Positions 1 to 10,097 of a stretch of 64,000 nucleotides of DNA are shown here, in pieces. The notes under the pieces are model-generated. The model made no database searches, was not told the DNA's origin, and saw nothing but the letters and a program-made list of their open reading frames with translations. The position numbers and the translations under genes are program-made. Positions within the stretch are counted from its first letter, which is position 1. Every line of letters begins with the position of its first letter. This DNA is from Acidobacteriota bacterium (GTDB lineage Bacteria > Acidobacteriota > CAIWXX01): NCBI GenBank assembly GCA_040755995.1, contig JBFMAF010000034.1, positions 48,743 to 112,742 of the forward strand. The letters are read 5' to 3'.

Positions 1-708
1 CCCGAGGGCGAGATACCGGTCTCGTCGTTGCGCGAGCAGCTTCTGGCTCAGCTTCCGGCGGCCGACTACGTCAAGGACGCCGCGATGCATGACAGCGAGC
101 ATTCGCTCGAAGCGCTCGCCTACTGGCTGAAGCATGCGAGACCTGACGTCGAGATCCTGCCGATCATCATCCCAGCCGCAGGTTTTTCACGGATGCAGGA
201 GCTCGCCGGGCGTACCGGCTCGGCGCTTGCGGCGGCGATGAAGGCACGGGGCTGGCATCTTGGAAGGGACGTGTCCATAGCCATCTCGTCTGACGCGGTT
301 CACTACGGCACGGACTTCAAGTACACGCCGGTCGGCGAGGGCGGTGTGGAGGCCTACATGAAGGCGTACGATCAGGATCTCGCGCTGCTCCGAGGGCCGC
401 TGGCTGGGCCCGTTTCGACGTCGGGCATCCGGCGGTTCTACGAGACATGCGTGAACCCGGAAAACCCCAACGAGTATCGTCTGACATGGTGCGGCAGGTT
501 CTCGATCCCGTTCGGCATGCTACTGCTCGAGAGGACCGCTGTGGCGCTCGGCGGCGGGGCGCCGGTCGCGATGCCGCTCGCATACGCAACTTCGGTGGGG
601 TCCACTGAGATCCCCATTCGTGACACAGGTCTGGGCGACACTGCCTCCGCTAATCTCTACCATTTTGTCGGCTATCCGGCTGTGGCATTCACCGTGCCCG
701 GGCGTTGA
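1..708 (+). CDS. AmmeMemoRadiSam system protein B / MEMO1 family, 5'-truncated by the window edge
   Basis: Frame is open from base 1. Motifs EHSLE, ISSDAVHYG, TWCG and C-terminal VGY are typical of the MEMO1 family. Confidence 0.75.
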   Translation, partial: PEGEIPVSSLREQLLAQLPAADYVKDAAMHDSEHSLEALAYWLKHARPDVEILPIIIPAAGFSRMQELAGRTGSALAAAMKARGWHLGRDVSIAISSDAVHYGTDFKYTPVGEGGVEAYMKAYDQDLALLRGPLAGPVSTSGIRRFYETCVNPENPNEYRLTWCGRFSIPFGMLLLERTAVALGGGAPVAMPLAYATSVGSTEIPIRDTGLGDTASANLYHFVGYPAVAFTVPGR

Positions 709-745
709 GCTTCCAAGTCTTGATTACACACAGGAGGGTCATCTC

Positions 746-1627
746 GTGAGATCGGTATCATCAGTCTGCATTGCGTGCCTGGCCCTGTTGGGCTTTGTCG
801 GGGGTCTTCAGGCGGCCCCGGTCGTGTTCGAAGGTGTGCGGGTACGATACCAGAAGGCTGACGGAAAGCGGCGCATGGAGGAGAAGAAAGCGAAGCTCGC
901 ATTTGACGATGAGAAGTCCCTCTTGACGTTGGATGCGCCGAGCGCCCTGTCGATTCTGTACGCATCGGTTCAGAGGGTCGTCCACGAGATCACGAGACGC
1001 TCGGCGGGCGGGGCCATGGGGAGCACTCGCACCGTGAAGGACTATTGGTGCCTGTTCGATGTGAAGTCTGAGGACGGCTCGTCTCGGAGCTATCTCATCG
1101 CCACCGATGAGAAATCAGCACCACCGGTGATCGAGAAGATGAAGGCGGTCTTCGGCGAGAGATTCGTCGTGCCGGCCTTTCCGGAGAAGCCGGACGAGAT
1201 CAAGGAAGACTTGCCCAAGGCAACGAACAAGTGCGGCCTCTCGGTAGACCAGAAGAGCTCGCCGGTGCCGGAGATCGTCCCCGGCAAGGCGCTTGTGGTG
1301 GTCGTGTTCCCGGACTACGACGGCCGGATGCTCTCCGCAGAATTCAAGCTCCGGGTGGCTGAGAAGATACTGGGTGTGAACAGGGAAGGCACGTACACAT
1401 TCTTCCACCTTGACCCTGGCCAGGTCCTGCTTGCGTCCGAGGGAACATCCAACACCTACGGGATGACAATCACCCTTGAACCGGGGAAGGACTACTACTT
1501 CATGCAGAACATGTTCGAGTCGAAGCAGGTCTACAATCAGCAGTTCCTCGGGGCGATGACCCGGCAGAGCAAGGAGCTGGTGATGTTCGAGATCGGAGGA
1601 GCCAACTACTCGAGCTGCAAGGAGTAA
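746..1627 (+). CDS. Secreted hypothetical protein, C-terminal DUF2846-like domain
   Basis: GTG start after CAGGAGG RBS. Signal-peptide-like N-terminus. C-terminal PGKALVVV...GTYTFFHLDPG...LEPGKDYY pattern. Confidence 0.55.
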   Translation: MRSVSSVCIACLALLGFVGGLQAAPVVFEGVRVRYQKADGKRRMEEKKAKLAFDDEKSLLTLDAPSALSILYASVQRVVHEITRRSAGGAMGSTRTVKDYWCLFDVKSEDGSSRSYLIATDEKSAPPVIEKMKAVFGERFVVPAFPEKPDEIKEDLPKATNKCGLSVDQKSSPVPEIVPGKALVVVVFPDYDGRMLSAEFKLRVAEKILGVNREGTYTFFHLDPGQVLLASEGTSNTYGMTITLEPGKDYYFMQNMFESKQVYNQQFLGAMTRQSKELVMFEIGGANYSSCKE

Positions 1628-1668
1628 AGAACGCCTCGACTCGGCGCCGGCCGCAGGCTGCCGGGGTG

Positions 1669-3051
1669 CTACGAGGCGTGCTCAGCGCTTTCCCAGCCCG
1701 ACTCCAGGTACCATTGCAGCACCTGCCGCAGCCGCACCACGTCGCCGACGACGATCAGCGCCGGGGGCTCCAGGTTCGCCGTCTTCACTCTCTCGACGAT
1801 GTCGGCGAGGACGCCGGTCGCAGTGCGCTGCTGCGGTGTGGTCCCGCACTGAATCACCGCAGCCGGGCATTGCGGATCTTTGCCGTGGAGCAGGAGTTGC
1901 TGCACGATATGAGTGAGGTTGTGGAGGCCCATGAACACGACTAGCGTGCCGGTGCTCCTTGCGAGCCGATCCCATTGCACCGCAGGCGAGTCCTTCCCGC
2001 TTCGCTCGTGCCCGGTCACGAACGTGACCTCGGATGTGATGTCGCGGTGCGTCAGAGGGATGCCGGCATAAGCGGGCACTGCACTGCCGGCCGTGACTCC
2101 CGGAACGACCTCGAACGAAATCCCCGCCTCCGCGAGCGCCTGCGCCTCCTCGCCACCGCGCCCGAATACGAACGGGTCTCCGCCCTTCAGCCGTACGACC
2201 TTCCGGCCGGCGCGCGCTTCCCTGACGAGAATCGCGTTGATCTCCTCCTGCGGCAGGCTGTGAACCCCGTCGCGCTTGCCGACGTAAATGACCGTGGCAT
2301 CTGGGCGGCACAGATCCAGCAGGCGTTTCTCGGCGAGAGCGTCGTACACGACGACGTCCGCCGTCTCCAGGCAGCGCTTCCCCTTTAGCGTGAGCAACCC
2401 CGGGTCGCCGGGGCCGGCGCCGACGAGGAACACCCGGCCTCGGTCCTGCGGATCAGACTCCATCGAGGTCGCTGGCAGAACTGAGTCAACTATGTGCTCG
2501 AAGCGCTCCCGCTCCTCCGCGAGACCCCTTCCCTCGGCGCGCGACTGTTCTCGCAGAGCTCGCAGGCGATCCAGTGTCGTGGCGTACTCGGGTCCAAAGC
2601 TGTGCTCCAGTACCTCGCGAATGCGGCGCGCCATCGCGGGGCTCGCGCCACCGGTCGAGATGGCGATGGCTAGATCGCCCTGCCGCGCTACAGCCGGCGC
2701 GATGAAGTCGCAGAGTGCAGGCCGATCTGCTACGTTCAGCCAGACGCCGGTCGACTCAGCTTCCGACCGGACGGCCTCGTTCACCCCTGGGTCGTCGGTG
2801 GCGGCGAAGGCCAACCTGCAGCCGTGCAAATCGCCCGGCCGGTAGTGACGACGTTCGATTGTAATGCGGCCCTGCTCCGCCCATCCCGCAATCGTACCGG
2901 TGACTTCGGGGCTGACGACGCACACCTGCGCTCCTGCTTCCAGCAGCGCCGCGACCTTGCGTTCGGCCACGACGCCGCCACCCACGACCAGGACGCGGTG
3001 ACCATGGAGCTCCAGGAACACCGGGTAGTAGTGCGAAGGCGTGTGGCCCAT
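1669..3051 (-). CDS. cysG: Siroheme synthase (precorrin-2 dehydrogenase/chelatase fused to uroporphyrinogen-III methyltransferase)
   Basis: N-terminal [11 protein letters not shown] and ISTGGASP. C-terminal [13 protein letters not shown] and [16 protein letters not shown]. Confidence 0.93.
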   Translation of the reverse strand: MGHTPSHYYPVFLELHGHRVLVVGGGVVAERKVAALLEAGAQVCVVSPEVTGTIAGWAEQGRITIERRHYRPGDLHGCRLAFAATDDPGVNEAVRSEAESTGVWLNVADRPALCDFIAPAVARQGDLAIAISTGGASPAMARRIREVLEHSFGPEYATTLDRLRALREQSRAEGRGLAEERERFEHIVDSVLPATSMESDPQDRGRVFLVGAGPGDPGLLTLKGKRCLETADVVVYDALAEKRLLDLCRPDATVIYVGKRDGVHSLPQEEINAILVREARAGRKVVRLKGGDPFVFGRGGEEAQALAEAGISFEVVPGVTAGSAVPAYAGIPLTHRDITSEVTFVTGHERSGKDSPAVQWDRLARSTGTLVVFMGLHNLTHIVQQLLLHGKDPQCPAAVIQCGTTPQQRTATGVLADIVERVKTANLEPPALIVVGDVVRLRQVLQWYLESGWESAEHAS

Positions 3052-3149
3052 ACCCGTCGGCTCTGACTTCCTGCTTCGCTACTGGAGCCCCTATGAAGCG
3101 GAAGAGAGCGAGGCGCCTGCATGGCGCCGCGCTCGATTCCGCTGGCTGT

Positions 3150-3470
3150 CTAGACGCAGCCGGTGGGTTTCGGAAGCCCGGCGACCTTGCAGGCTCCCTT
3201 GGCCGGACCTGACGGGAACAGTTCGTAGACCTTCTTCAGGTTGAAGCCGGTGTCCTTGCAGAGCTTGCGGATCATCGGGGCGATCTTGAACTCGAGGTAG
3301 TAGCCGCGCAGATAGCGCACGAGCTTCCAGTGGTCATCGGTCAACTCCGCGATGCCCTCTTCCTTCAGGGCCAGCTCCTTCGCGACCTCGTCGTCCCAGA
3401 GCTCCGGGTCCTGAATGAAACCGTCTTCGTCTACTTCGAGGGTCTTCCCACCCAGTTGGACTTGTGCCAT
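3150..3470 (-). CDS. dsrC: Sulfur carrier DsrC
   Basis: C-terminal GPAKGACKVAGLPKPTGCV carries both conserved cysteines. Confidence 0.96.
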   Translation of the reverse strand: MAQVQLGGKTLEVDEDGFIQDPELWDDEVAKELALKEEGIAELTDDHWKLVRYLRGYYLEFKIAPMIRKLCKDTGFNLKKVYELFPSGPAKGACKVAGLPKPTGCV

Positions 3471-3534
3471 GCTTATTCCCCTTTCCGTTGTGTCTTCGAT
3501 TCAAGCGACGTTGCGACCAATCGATACTCCAGTT

Positions 3535-5022
3535 TCATAACGCCCTCGCATGCAGCCCGGCGAGGTCGTGCCTGCACGCGCCTTCGATGCAACCCATGCC
3601 TGCCGTGCCGGAGCTTCGCCTGCGGAAGGCGAGCGCCGTCCTCACAAGTGTCTCGGCCCATTCGGGGCAGCCGAGAGCATGGATGTGCAGGAAAGACGCC
3701 AGCACGTTCCTGTAGACGAGCCCGTCCCGTTCCCCGTCGAATCCATAACCTCTCTCGACTCGAAAGGCCGTGCGGATGAGCTCGCTTTCGGCAGATCGAA
3801 CGAATGAGTATCGGAACTCATGTCCCCGAATGACGGCTCCGATCGGAAAGTACGGGTTGGCCCGATCCGCCACCACGCAGGCGTATCCGTGTCCCATGGG
3901 ACGCTTCCCCAGCTCGAAGGTCACGGGGACGACGCCCGTCATCGCATGGGCCACTCCGTCTACGACCAGGCTCTCGGCCAGGTAGATCAAGCCTCCGCAT
4001 TCGGCGAACACCGGCATGCCTGACTCCACGGCCCGCCGGATCGATGCGCGGAAGCCGGTGTTGTTCTCCAGCGCGGCTGCGTGTGTCTCCGGGTAGCCTC
4101 CCCCGATGTACAGCGCGTCGATGGGCGGTAGCTGCCGGTCGGCCATGGAGTCAAGGAAAACGAGGTGAGCCCCGGCTCGCTCCAGTGCCTCCAGGTTCTC
4201 CGGGTAGTAGAACGTGAAGGCCGAGTCGCGGATGACCCCGATTCGCACGCTGGTCGTGGCCCAGGCATGCCCCTCTGCCTGGGCCGCGCGTGACCAGCGG
4301 AGTTCCGGCGCCTTTTGGGCGAGATCCATGACCGTGACCACATCCACGTGTTTGGCGACGGCCTCGCGTGCCGCCTCTGTCGGCCGTTCGCGTTCCGGGT
4401 GCTCGGCCGGCGTGAGCAGCCCGAGGTGCCGTTCGGGAAGCGCGAGATCATGTATCTTCGGAACGCAGCCGAGCACAGGGACCCCACAAACCTGCTCGAC
4501 TGCGCCCCGAATCGCATGTTCCTGCCGTTTCGTACCAGTGCGGTTGAGGATGACGCCCGCAATAGGCGCATCGGGATCCATCTTCTGGCAGCCGAGAACC
4601 ATAGCCGCGACGGTCCTCGTCGCCCGTGTGCAGTCCACAACGAGGATCACGGGTGTCTGGAGCTCTCTGGCGAGCTCGGCCGAGCTGCCCTCGGCATTTG
4701 CGCCGAGCCCGTCGTGAAACCCGTGATTCGCCTCGACGATGACCAGATCCGCGCCCACGCTCGATTCCGCCACGGACCGGCGGATCACGTCGCTCGACAT
4801 CAGGTACGCGTCAAGGTTACGGCATGGTCGCCCCGCAGCCTCGCCGAGCCAGGCGGGATCGATATAGTCCGGTCCCTTCTTGAACGGGGCGACAGCGAGG
4901 CCGCGGGAGCGCAGCTCGGCGATCAGACCTATGGTCAGAAACGTCTTGCCGCTTCCTCCGCGCAGCCCACTGATCATGAGCCGCGGGCAGTCCCGGGCCT
5001 CGCCCCGAACGCTGGGCGTCAT
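3535..5022 (-). CDS. dsrN: Siroheme amidase DsrN (cobyrinate a,c-diamide synthase family)
   Basis: GGSGKT, FKKGPDYIDP, ERHLGL, FYYPENLE and ECGG motifs; located within the dsr operon. Confidence 0.9.
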   Translation of the reverse strand: MTPSVRGEARDCPRLMISGLRGGSGKTFLTIGLIAELRSRGLAVAPFKKGPDYIDPAWLGEAAGRPCRNLDAYLMSSDVIRRSVAESSVGADLVIVEANHGFHDGLGANAEGSSAELARELQTPVILVVDCTRATRTVAAMVLGCQKMDPDAPIAGVILNRTGTKRQEHAIRGAVEQVCGVPVLGCVPKIHDLALPERHLGLLTPAEHPERERPTEAAREAVAKHVDVVTVMDLAQKAPELRWSRAAQAEGHAWATTSVRIGVIRDSAFTFYYPENLEALERAGAHLVFLDSMADRQLPPIDALYIGGGYPETHAAALENNTGFRASIRRAVESGMPVFAECGGLIYLAESLVVDGVAHAMTGVVPVTFELGKRPMGHGYACVVADRANPYFPIGAVIRGHEFRYSFVRSAESELIRTAFRVERGYGFDGERDGLVYRNVLASFLHIHALGCPEWAETLVRTALAFRRRSSGTAGMGCIEGACRHDLAGLHARAL

Positions 5023-5042
5023 TCCTTGTTCTCGATCTCGAA

Positions 5043-5291
5043 TCAGCTGCCCTTGGCCTCCGGTGGGATCTCCACGAAGCTACCGCCAAAGTAGGTGTAG
5101 ACCAACCGCTCGGAGTCGACGAGCGAGCGAATCGCCTTCTTGCAGATGTCCTTGTTGCACCGGTCCGGGCCAAAAAACTGGACCGCGGCCTTCTCGAGGT
5201 CCATCGGTTTCAGCTTCTTGACGCCGGTGGCATCCTTGACCATCCGGTACATCGCTTCGGCGACTTCTTCTATACTAACTGGTTCAGCCAT
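5043..5291 (-). CDS. dsrD: Dissimilatory sulfite reductase protein D
   Basis: 82 aa winged-helix-like protein (KKAIRSLVDSERLVYTYFGGS) directly downstream of dsrB. Confidence 0.8.
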   Translation of the reverse strand: MAEPVSIEEVAEAMYRMVKDATGVKKLKPMDLEKAAVQFFGPDRCNKDICKKAIRSLVDSERLVYTYFGGSFVEIPPEAKGS

Positions 5292-5302
5292 GGATCAGCT
5301 CC

Positions 5303-6376
5303 CTAGTCCCTCCGGTGCGCGGACCGCTTGAAGGACAGTCCGGCGTACCGGAAGTCATCGATGTGTTGCTTGGTGAACTGGATGCCCGTCTTCTGGAAGA
5401 AGCGCGGCCATCCGATGCGCTCGATCCATTCGCCCATGCGCTCGTACTTCCGCGCATCGGCCGCCCAGACTTCCACCAGGTTCTTTACGGCCCCCACGAC
5501 CTCGGGCCACCGTGGTGGGTTGTTGGGCAGGAACGGGATTGCCAGCTTGGAGAAGCGCGGTTCGGATCTCGCGTTGCTGACCTTGCCGCCGACCCAGATC
5601 GAGACGCCGTCATTGAGCGGATCGTTGAGCGGCATGGCCGGGCAGACGGTGTAGCAGTTCGCGCAGAACATGCACTGCTCCTCGATTACCTCGACGGTCT
5701 CGACACCCTCGATCCGCTTCGGCCGGATCGCAGCCGTCGGGCAGGACGCCACGACCGACGGGATCTCGCACATCTTCGGCAGCTTCTCTTTGTCGAGCTT
5801 CGGCGGACGGCGGTGGATGCCGAGGATGGCGATGTCCGAGCAGTGGACGGCACCGCACATGTTCAGGCAGCAGGCCAGAGCGAGGCGGAGCTTGCCCGGG
5901 AGTTTCATCGTTGTGAAGTACTCGATGAGCTCATCCATGACCGCCTTCACGACGCCCGATGCGTCGGTAGCGGCCGAGTGGCAGTGCACCCAGCCCTGTG
6001 TGTGGACGATGTTGGATATCGAGTTACCGATCCCGCCGACGGGACGCCCAGCGGCCGTGAGATCCGCGACCAGCGGATCGATCCTGGCCGGGTCTGTGAG
6101 CAGGAATTCGACGTTGTTGCGGCTGGTGAATCTCAGGTGCCCGCCGCAGTACTTGTCGGCGAGGTCGCAGTAGAAGCGGATAGTATCGATGGCGATCAGC
6201 CGTGGCGACGCGGCGCGCACCGTGAACAGCTTGTCGCCGCTCTCGGCGACGTGCACCATGACCCCCGGCTTAAGTACCTCGTGATAGGCCCACTTGCCGT
6301 AGTTCTTCTTCACGACGGGGGGCAGGAATTTCTCGTAGTGTGGCGGCCCAATATCAGTCAAGCGTTCCGTTGTCAT
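5303..6376 (-). CDS. dsrB: Dissimilatory sulfite reductase beta subunit
   Basis: [30 protein letters not shown] and PNNPPRWPE motifs. Confidence 0.98.
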   Translation of the reverse strand: MTTERLTDIGPPHYEKFLPPVVKKNYGKWAYHEVLKPGVMVHVAESGDKLFTVRAASPRLIAIDTIRFYCDLADKYCGGHLRFTSRNNVEFLLTDPARIDPLVADLTAAGRPVGGIGNSISNIVHTQGWVHCHSAATDASGVVKAVMDELIEYFTTMKLPGKLRLALACCLNMCGAVHCSDIAILGIHRRPPKLDKEKLPKMCEIPSVVASCPTAAIRPKRIEGVETVEVIEEQCMFCANCYTVCPAMPLNDPLNDGVSIWVGGKVSNARSEPRFSKLAIPFLPNNPPRWPEVVGAVKNLVEVWAADARKYERMGEWIERIGWPRFFQKTGIQFTKQHIDDFRYAGLSFKRSAHRRD

Positions 6377-6400
6377 ATCTGGTTTCTCCTTTCCTCGCCT

Positions 6401-7609
6401 CTAGTTTCCAGCTTCCTCGTCCGCCACCTCGTACTCCTCGTAGAAGACGTACGGGTTGTCTCGCGGATAGGCGACCATTTCGGGGATCGGCTCGATGCCC
6501 ACGGCTTCGAGGAAGTTGCCCATGCCTACGCGCTGGATGAACTCGCCGATGCGCTCGCGGTTCTTGCCTTCCTCGCTCCAGAGATCGAGCATCTTCGCCA
6601 ACAGGTCCTTGAGCTCCTGATTAGGCAGTTCCATTTTTATGAATGGTATCAGCACGGAGGAGAGCATGGCACCCTGTACGATCGGCGCCTTGGAGCCGAG
6701 CAGGATTGTGGCACCGCGGTCGGCGCCGGGCTTCAGGGCCTTGGTCATCACGTTGATGCAGTGCATGCACTTCACGCAGAACTGGTTCTCGATCGCGAGG
6801 GCCTTGCCATCCCAGCTCATGCACTTGCTCGGGCAGAGGTCGCAGACGTCCTTCTGCACGTCCAGGCCCTTCTTCGCGTATTCCTGAACGGCGTCCTGGT
6901 TGATCTGGATCGGTCCGCGCCAGGTTCCGATGATGCTCAGGTCCGCGCGCGCCACGGAAGCCACGCAGTCGTTCGGGCAGCCGGAGCACTTGATCTTGAA
7001 CTTGTATGGGAATGCCGGCCGGTGGAGCTCATCCTGGAAGTGCATGGTGAAGTCGTAGCAGGTGGCCATCGTGTCGTAGCAGGCCCACTCGCAGCGGCCC
7101 ATACCGACGCAGCAGCTGGGCGTCCGCACATCCGAGCCCGAGCCGCCCAGGTCGAATCCCGCATGTGTCAGCTCGGAGAACACGGTCTCGAGCTTGTCTG
7201 TGGAGGTCCCCAGCAGGATGATGTCACCTGTCGACCCGTGCATGTTGGTGATGCCGGATCCGTATTTTTCCCAAATGTCGCAAACCTTGCGCAGGGCCTC
7301 TGACGTGTAGAACCATCCGGCGGGTTGGTTGATACGCATCGTGTGGAAATGCGCAATGTTGGGGAACTTGTCGGGCACATCAGAATACCGCCCGATGACG
7401 CCGCCTCCGTACCCGCGCACGCCGACTATGCCACCGTGCTTCCAGTGCCCGATCTTCTCGTTGTAGGAAAGCTCGAGGACACCCAGAAGATCTTTGGCTG
7501 GGTCGCTTCTAGCGGCGGCCAACTTGATCTCGCGCACGAAGCTCGGCCACTGGCCCTTCTCCAGCTCGCTCAGCTTCGGCGTTTCCGGCAGTTTCTTCGC
7601 TTCACCCAT
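6401..7609 (-). CDS. dsrA: Dissimilatory sulfite reductase alpha subunit
   Basis: HWKHGGIVGVRGYGGGVIGRY, CxxxxxC...GCPNDC siroheme-cluster ligands, HRPAFPYKFK. Confidence 0.98.
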   Translation of the reverse strand: MGEAKKLPETPKLSELEKGQWPSFVREIKLAAARSDPAKDLLGVLELSYNEKIGHWKHGGIVGVRGYGGGVIGRYSDVPDKFPNIAHFHTMRINQPAGWFYTSEALRKVCDIWEKYGSGITNMHGSTGDIILLGTSTDKLETVFSELTHAGFDLGGSGSDVRTPSCCVGMGRCEWACYDTMATCYDFTMHFQDELHRPAFPYKFKIKCSGCPNDCVASVARADLSIIGTWRGPIQINQDAVQEYAKKGLDVQKDVCDLCPSKCMSWDGKALAIENQFCVKCMHCINVMTKALKPGADRGATILLGSKAPIVQGAMLSSVLIPFIKMELPNQELKDLLAKMLDLWSEEGKNRERIGEFIQRVGMGNFLEAVGIEPIPEMVAYPRDNPYVFYEEYEVADEEAGN

Positions 7610-7656
7610 GTGTTTGCAGCTCCTCTCGTTTTGGCGGCCGGCCCTTGGGCGCGAGC

Positions 7657-9330
7657 CTACCGCATTTCAATGTAACCGCAGGGGCATTCCTCTGCGCACT
7701 TCTTGCAACCCTGACAGAATTCCAGCTTGAACTTGTAAGGCTCGTTCCTGTCCATCGGCTTCACGATGGCCTGGTCCTGGCAGTACTTCCAGCAGCTATC
7801 GCAAGTGAAGCACAGCCCGCAGCTCATGCACCGCTTGGCCTCGGCGATCGCCTGCTCCATCGAGAGCCCCAGATTGACCTCGCCGTCCGGATCCGCGAAC
7901 CGCTGCTCGACAGGTACCGCAGAGGCCTGCGCCCGCGCTATCCTCTGGTAGAAATCGAGCTTCATCTTGTTGTGCGCGATCGGAGGCGGCGGCACCTCAT
8001 CTACGAACGGAATCCCACGCAGCCGATGATGGATAGTCTCGGCGGCGCGCCGCCCGTGGTATATAGCCGTGGTCACGATGCCGAGCTCCAGTATGTCGCC
8101 CCCCGCAAACGTGTTCGCAACGGCCGTCTCGCCGCGTTCGTCTACCGGAATCCAGCCCTTCGGGCCCTTCAACGAATCGAGCCCAGTCCAGATCGGTTCC
8201 TGGCTGATGGCCGGAATAATGAAAGACGCGGGAACGAAGAACTCTGATCCCTTGATCGGAACCGGGCGCCGGCGCCCGCTGGCATCAGGCTCCCCAAGCT
8301 CCATTCTCAAGCAAGTCATGCCCGACGCGCGTCCGTTCTCGGCGACGATGGCCACCGGAGCCGCGAGGAACTCGATCTTGATCCCTTCGTGCTCGGCGTC
8401 TTCAATCTCATGTTTGATTGCGGGCATCTCGGCAATCGTGCGGCGGTAAACGATAGTGACGTTCGCGCCCAGCCGCTTGGATACGCGGGCGGCGTCGATT
8501 GCCGTGTCCCCACCTCCGATCACGATCACGTTGCCGCCGACCTCAATCCTCTCGCCGGTGTTTACACGATGGAGGAACTCGGCACCCGTGAGGACATTGG
8601 AGGAATCCTCGCCGGCCACCCCGAGTCTGGCTCCCTTGTGAGCACCGATCCCGACGAAGATCGCCTGGTGACTCTGGCGCACCTCGTCGAGTGAGATGTC
8701 CTTGCCGACCATCGTGTTGAGCCTCAGCTCTACACCCAGCGCGAGCAGCCGATCTATCTCGGCATCCAGGACGGCGTGAGGCAGGCGGTACTTGGGAATG
8801 CCATACCGCAACATCCCGCCCGCCTTCGGGAAGGATTCGAAGACCGTCACCGAATAGCCGCGACGTGCCAACTGGTACGCGCAGGAAAGGCCGGCTGGCC
8901 CGGAACCTATCACGGCGACTTTCTCAGACTGTCGTTCGTCGGTCAGTCGCTTCAGCTCCAGCTTGTTCTCCAGCGCGAAGTCCCCGATGGCTCGCTCGAT
9001 GCAGTTGATCGACACGGGCCCATCCACATGCTCGCGGTTACACTGATCTTCGCACAGGTGAGGACAGACCCTGCCGCAGACGGCTGGGAGCGGGTTCTTC
9101 TCCGTCACGATGCCAAAAGCCTCTCGAAAGGCCTGGTCGTAGCTTTTCCCCTTGTTTTCGGCCTGCGCGATCGTCGTGATGATTCCACGAACGTCGGTCT
9201 GGTTCGGGCAACCGGTCGAGCATGGTGGCGTTTTGAGTACGTACAGGGGCCGGAGAGGCGATGTCTCCCGCGCACTGGTGCTCGCTCCCGTGCCCACACC
9301 CAACTTGCGGACTTTCTTGACGACGGCCAC
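7657..9330 (-). CDS. dsrL: Iron-sulfur flavoprotein DsrL (DsrL-2-type, YRR motif)
   Basis: GTG start. N-terminal RPLYVLKTPPC, GltD-like FAD/NAD(P) domains, IVYRRT, C-terminal RCMSCGLC...CQGCKKCAEECPCG. Directly upstream of dsrA. Confidence 0.9.
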   Translation of the reverse strand: MAVVKKVRKLGVGTGASTSARETSPLRPLYVLKTPPCSTGCPNQTDVRGIITTIAQAENKGKSYDQAFREAFGIVTEKNPLPAVCGRVCPHLCEDQCNREHVDGPVSINCIERAIGDFALENKLELKRLTDERQSEKVAVIGSGPAGLSCAYQLARRGYSVTVFESFPKAGGMLRYGIPKYRLPHAVLDAEIDRLLALGVELRLNTMVGKDISLDEVRQSHQAIFVGIGAHKGARLGVAGEDSSNVLTGAEFLHRVNTGERIEVGGNVIVIGGGDTAIDAARVSKRLGANVTIVYRRTIAEMPAIKHEIEDAEHEGIKIEFLAAPVAIVAENGRASGMTCLRMELGEPDASGRRRPVPIKGSEFFVPASFIIPAISQEPIWTGLDSLKGPKGWIPVDERGETAVANTFAGGDILELGIVTTAIYHGRRAAETIHHRLRGIPFVDEVPPPPIAHNKMKLDFYQRIARAQASAVPVEQRFADPDGEVNLGLSMEQAIAEAKRCMSCGLCFTCDSCWKYCQDQAIVKPMDRNEPYKFKLEFCQGCKKCAEECPCGYIEMR

Positions 9331-9403
9331 TCTTGAAATCTCCTTTCCCTAGCACTGCCCATCCATCGGGAGGGGCATGAGTCTAGCCCAATCTGCTAGT
9401 TAG

Positions 9404-9419
9404 AGCAAAGACTTTGCCA
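9404..9419 (-). promoter_or_regulatory. Sigma-54 -24/-12 promoter for the dsrL-dsrABDNC operon
   Basis: Minus strand reads TGGCAAAGTCTTTGCT, matching TGGCACR-N4-TTGCW with one mismatch, about 75 bp upstream of dsrL. Confidence 0.75.
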
Positions 9420-9483
9420 ACAGCCCGGCGTGTCAGAATTCCTTGAGAAAGCGGCTCGGATGTCCTTCCCCTGCAGCGGCGGC

Positions 9484-9501
9484 CATTACCGAAAGGTAAC
9501 A
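9484..9501. promoter_or_regulatory. Palindromic regulator site, copy 1 (CATTACC-GAAA-GGTAACA)
   Basis: Matches the perfect palindrome at 9982-9999. Lies upstream of the dsrL sigma-54 promoter. Confidence 0.6.
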
Positions 9502-9586
9502 TTGGGCACCCAGGTGTCACCTCCGCGAAACCATACTCCCCGACCGTCATATTGCCGGCGAGACCCCGCTCTCTCAGCCCGATACT

Positions 9587-9808
9587 TCAGGTGGCCGGAC
9601 GCCGGGGAATCCCGAGTATCTTCGTCTTCTTCCACAGCGTCTTCCGGCTGATCCCCAGCATCTGCGCGGCCTTGCCCCGGTTGCCGCCGGTCAGCTGCAG
9701 GACCGAGATGATATGCGCACGTTCGGCCTCCTCTCTGATGCGATCGAGCGGCCTGTGCGAAGCATCAACCTCCTTGTCGCCATTCCCCTGCTTCTTCTCG
9801 CTTTCCAT
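9587..9808 (-). CDS. Stand-alone Fis/NtrC-type helix-turn-helix (HTH_8) protein
   Basis: ERAHIISVLQLTGGNRGKAAQMLGISRKTLWKK. No AAA+ domain upstream. Confidence 0.8.
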   Translation of the reverse strand: MESEKKQGNGDKEVDASHRPLDRIREEAERAHIISVLQLTGGNRGKAAQMLGISRKTLWKKTKILGIPRRPAT

Positions 9809-9981
9809 CCCTCAGTCCTGCGGCAGCTCCTGCCCGAGACGCTAGCTTCCTCCACGCAATTCGGTCGCCTCAAGCAAGTACCTTGCCATCCGCCTGCCTG
9901 CCCTCCGAACCGGTCGACGCCTGGGTCGCGGAACTGCGCAGACTTTGGGGCGGGCGCCTCACGCCCCCACATCCCCATCCG

Positions 9982-9999
9982 TGTTACCTTGAGGTAACA
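9982..9999. promoter_or_regulatory. Palindromic regulator site, copy 2 (TGTTACC-TTGA-GGTAACA)
   Basis: Perfect inverted repeat in the divergent intergenic region. Confidence 0.65.
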
Positions 10000-10030
10000 A
10001 ATCGTCCACCGGACCGCTCAAGAAGTTGGC

Positions 10031-10046
10031 GGGCACGTCTCTTGCT
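10031..10046 (+). promoter_or_regulatory. Sigma-54 -24/-12 promoter
   Basis: GGGCACGTCTCTTGCT, about 50 bp upstream of the ATG at 10098. Confidence 0.75.
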
Positions 10047-10097
10047 ATTGAATGGGCGGGTCAGGCACGGCTGGGTCTGGACCGTGGGAAGCTACAT

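Noticed and set aside
7657-9330. Glutamate synthase small subunit (gltD)
   Set aside because: The C-terminal double ferredoxin, the TPPC N-terminus and adjacency to dsrA favour DsrL; no gltB is present.
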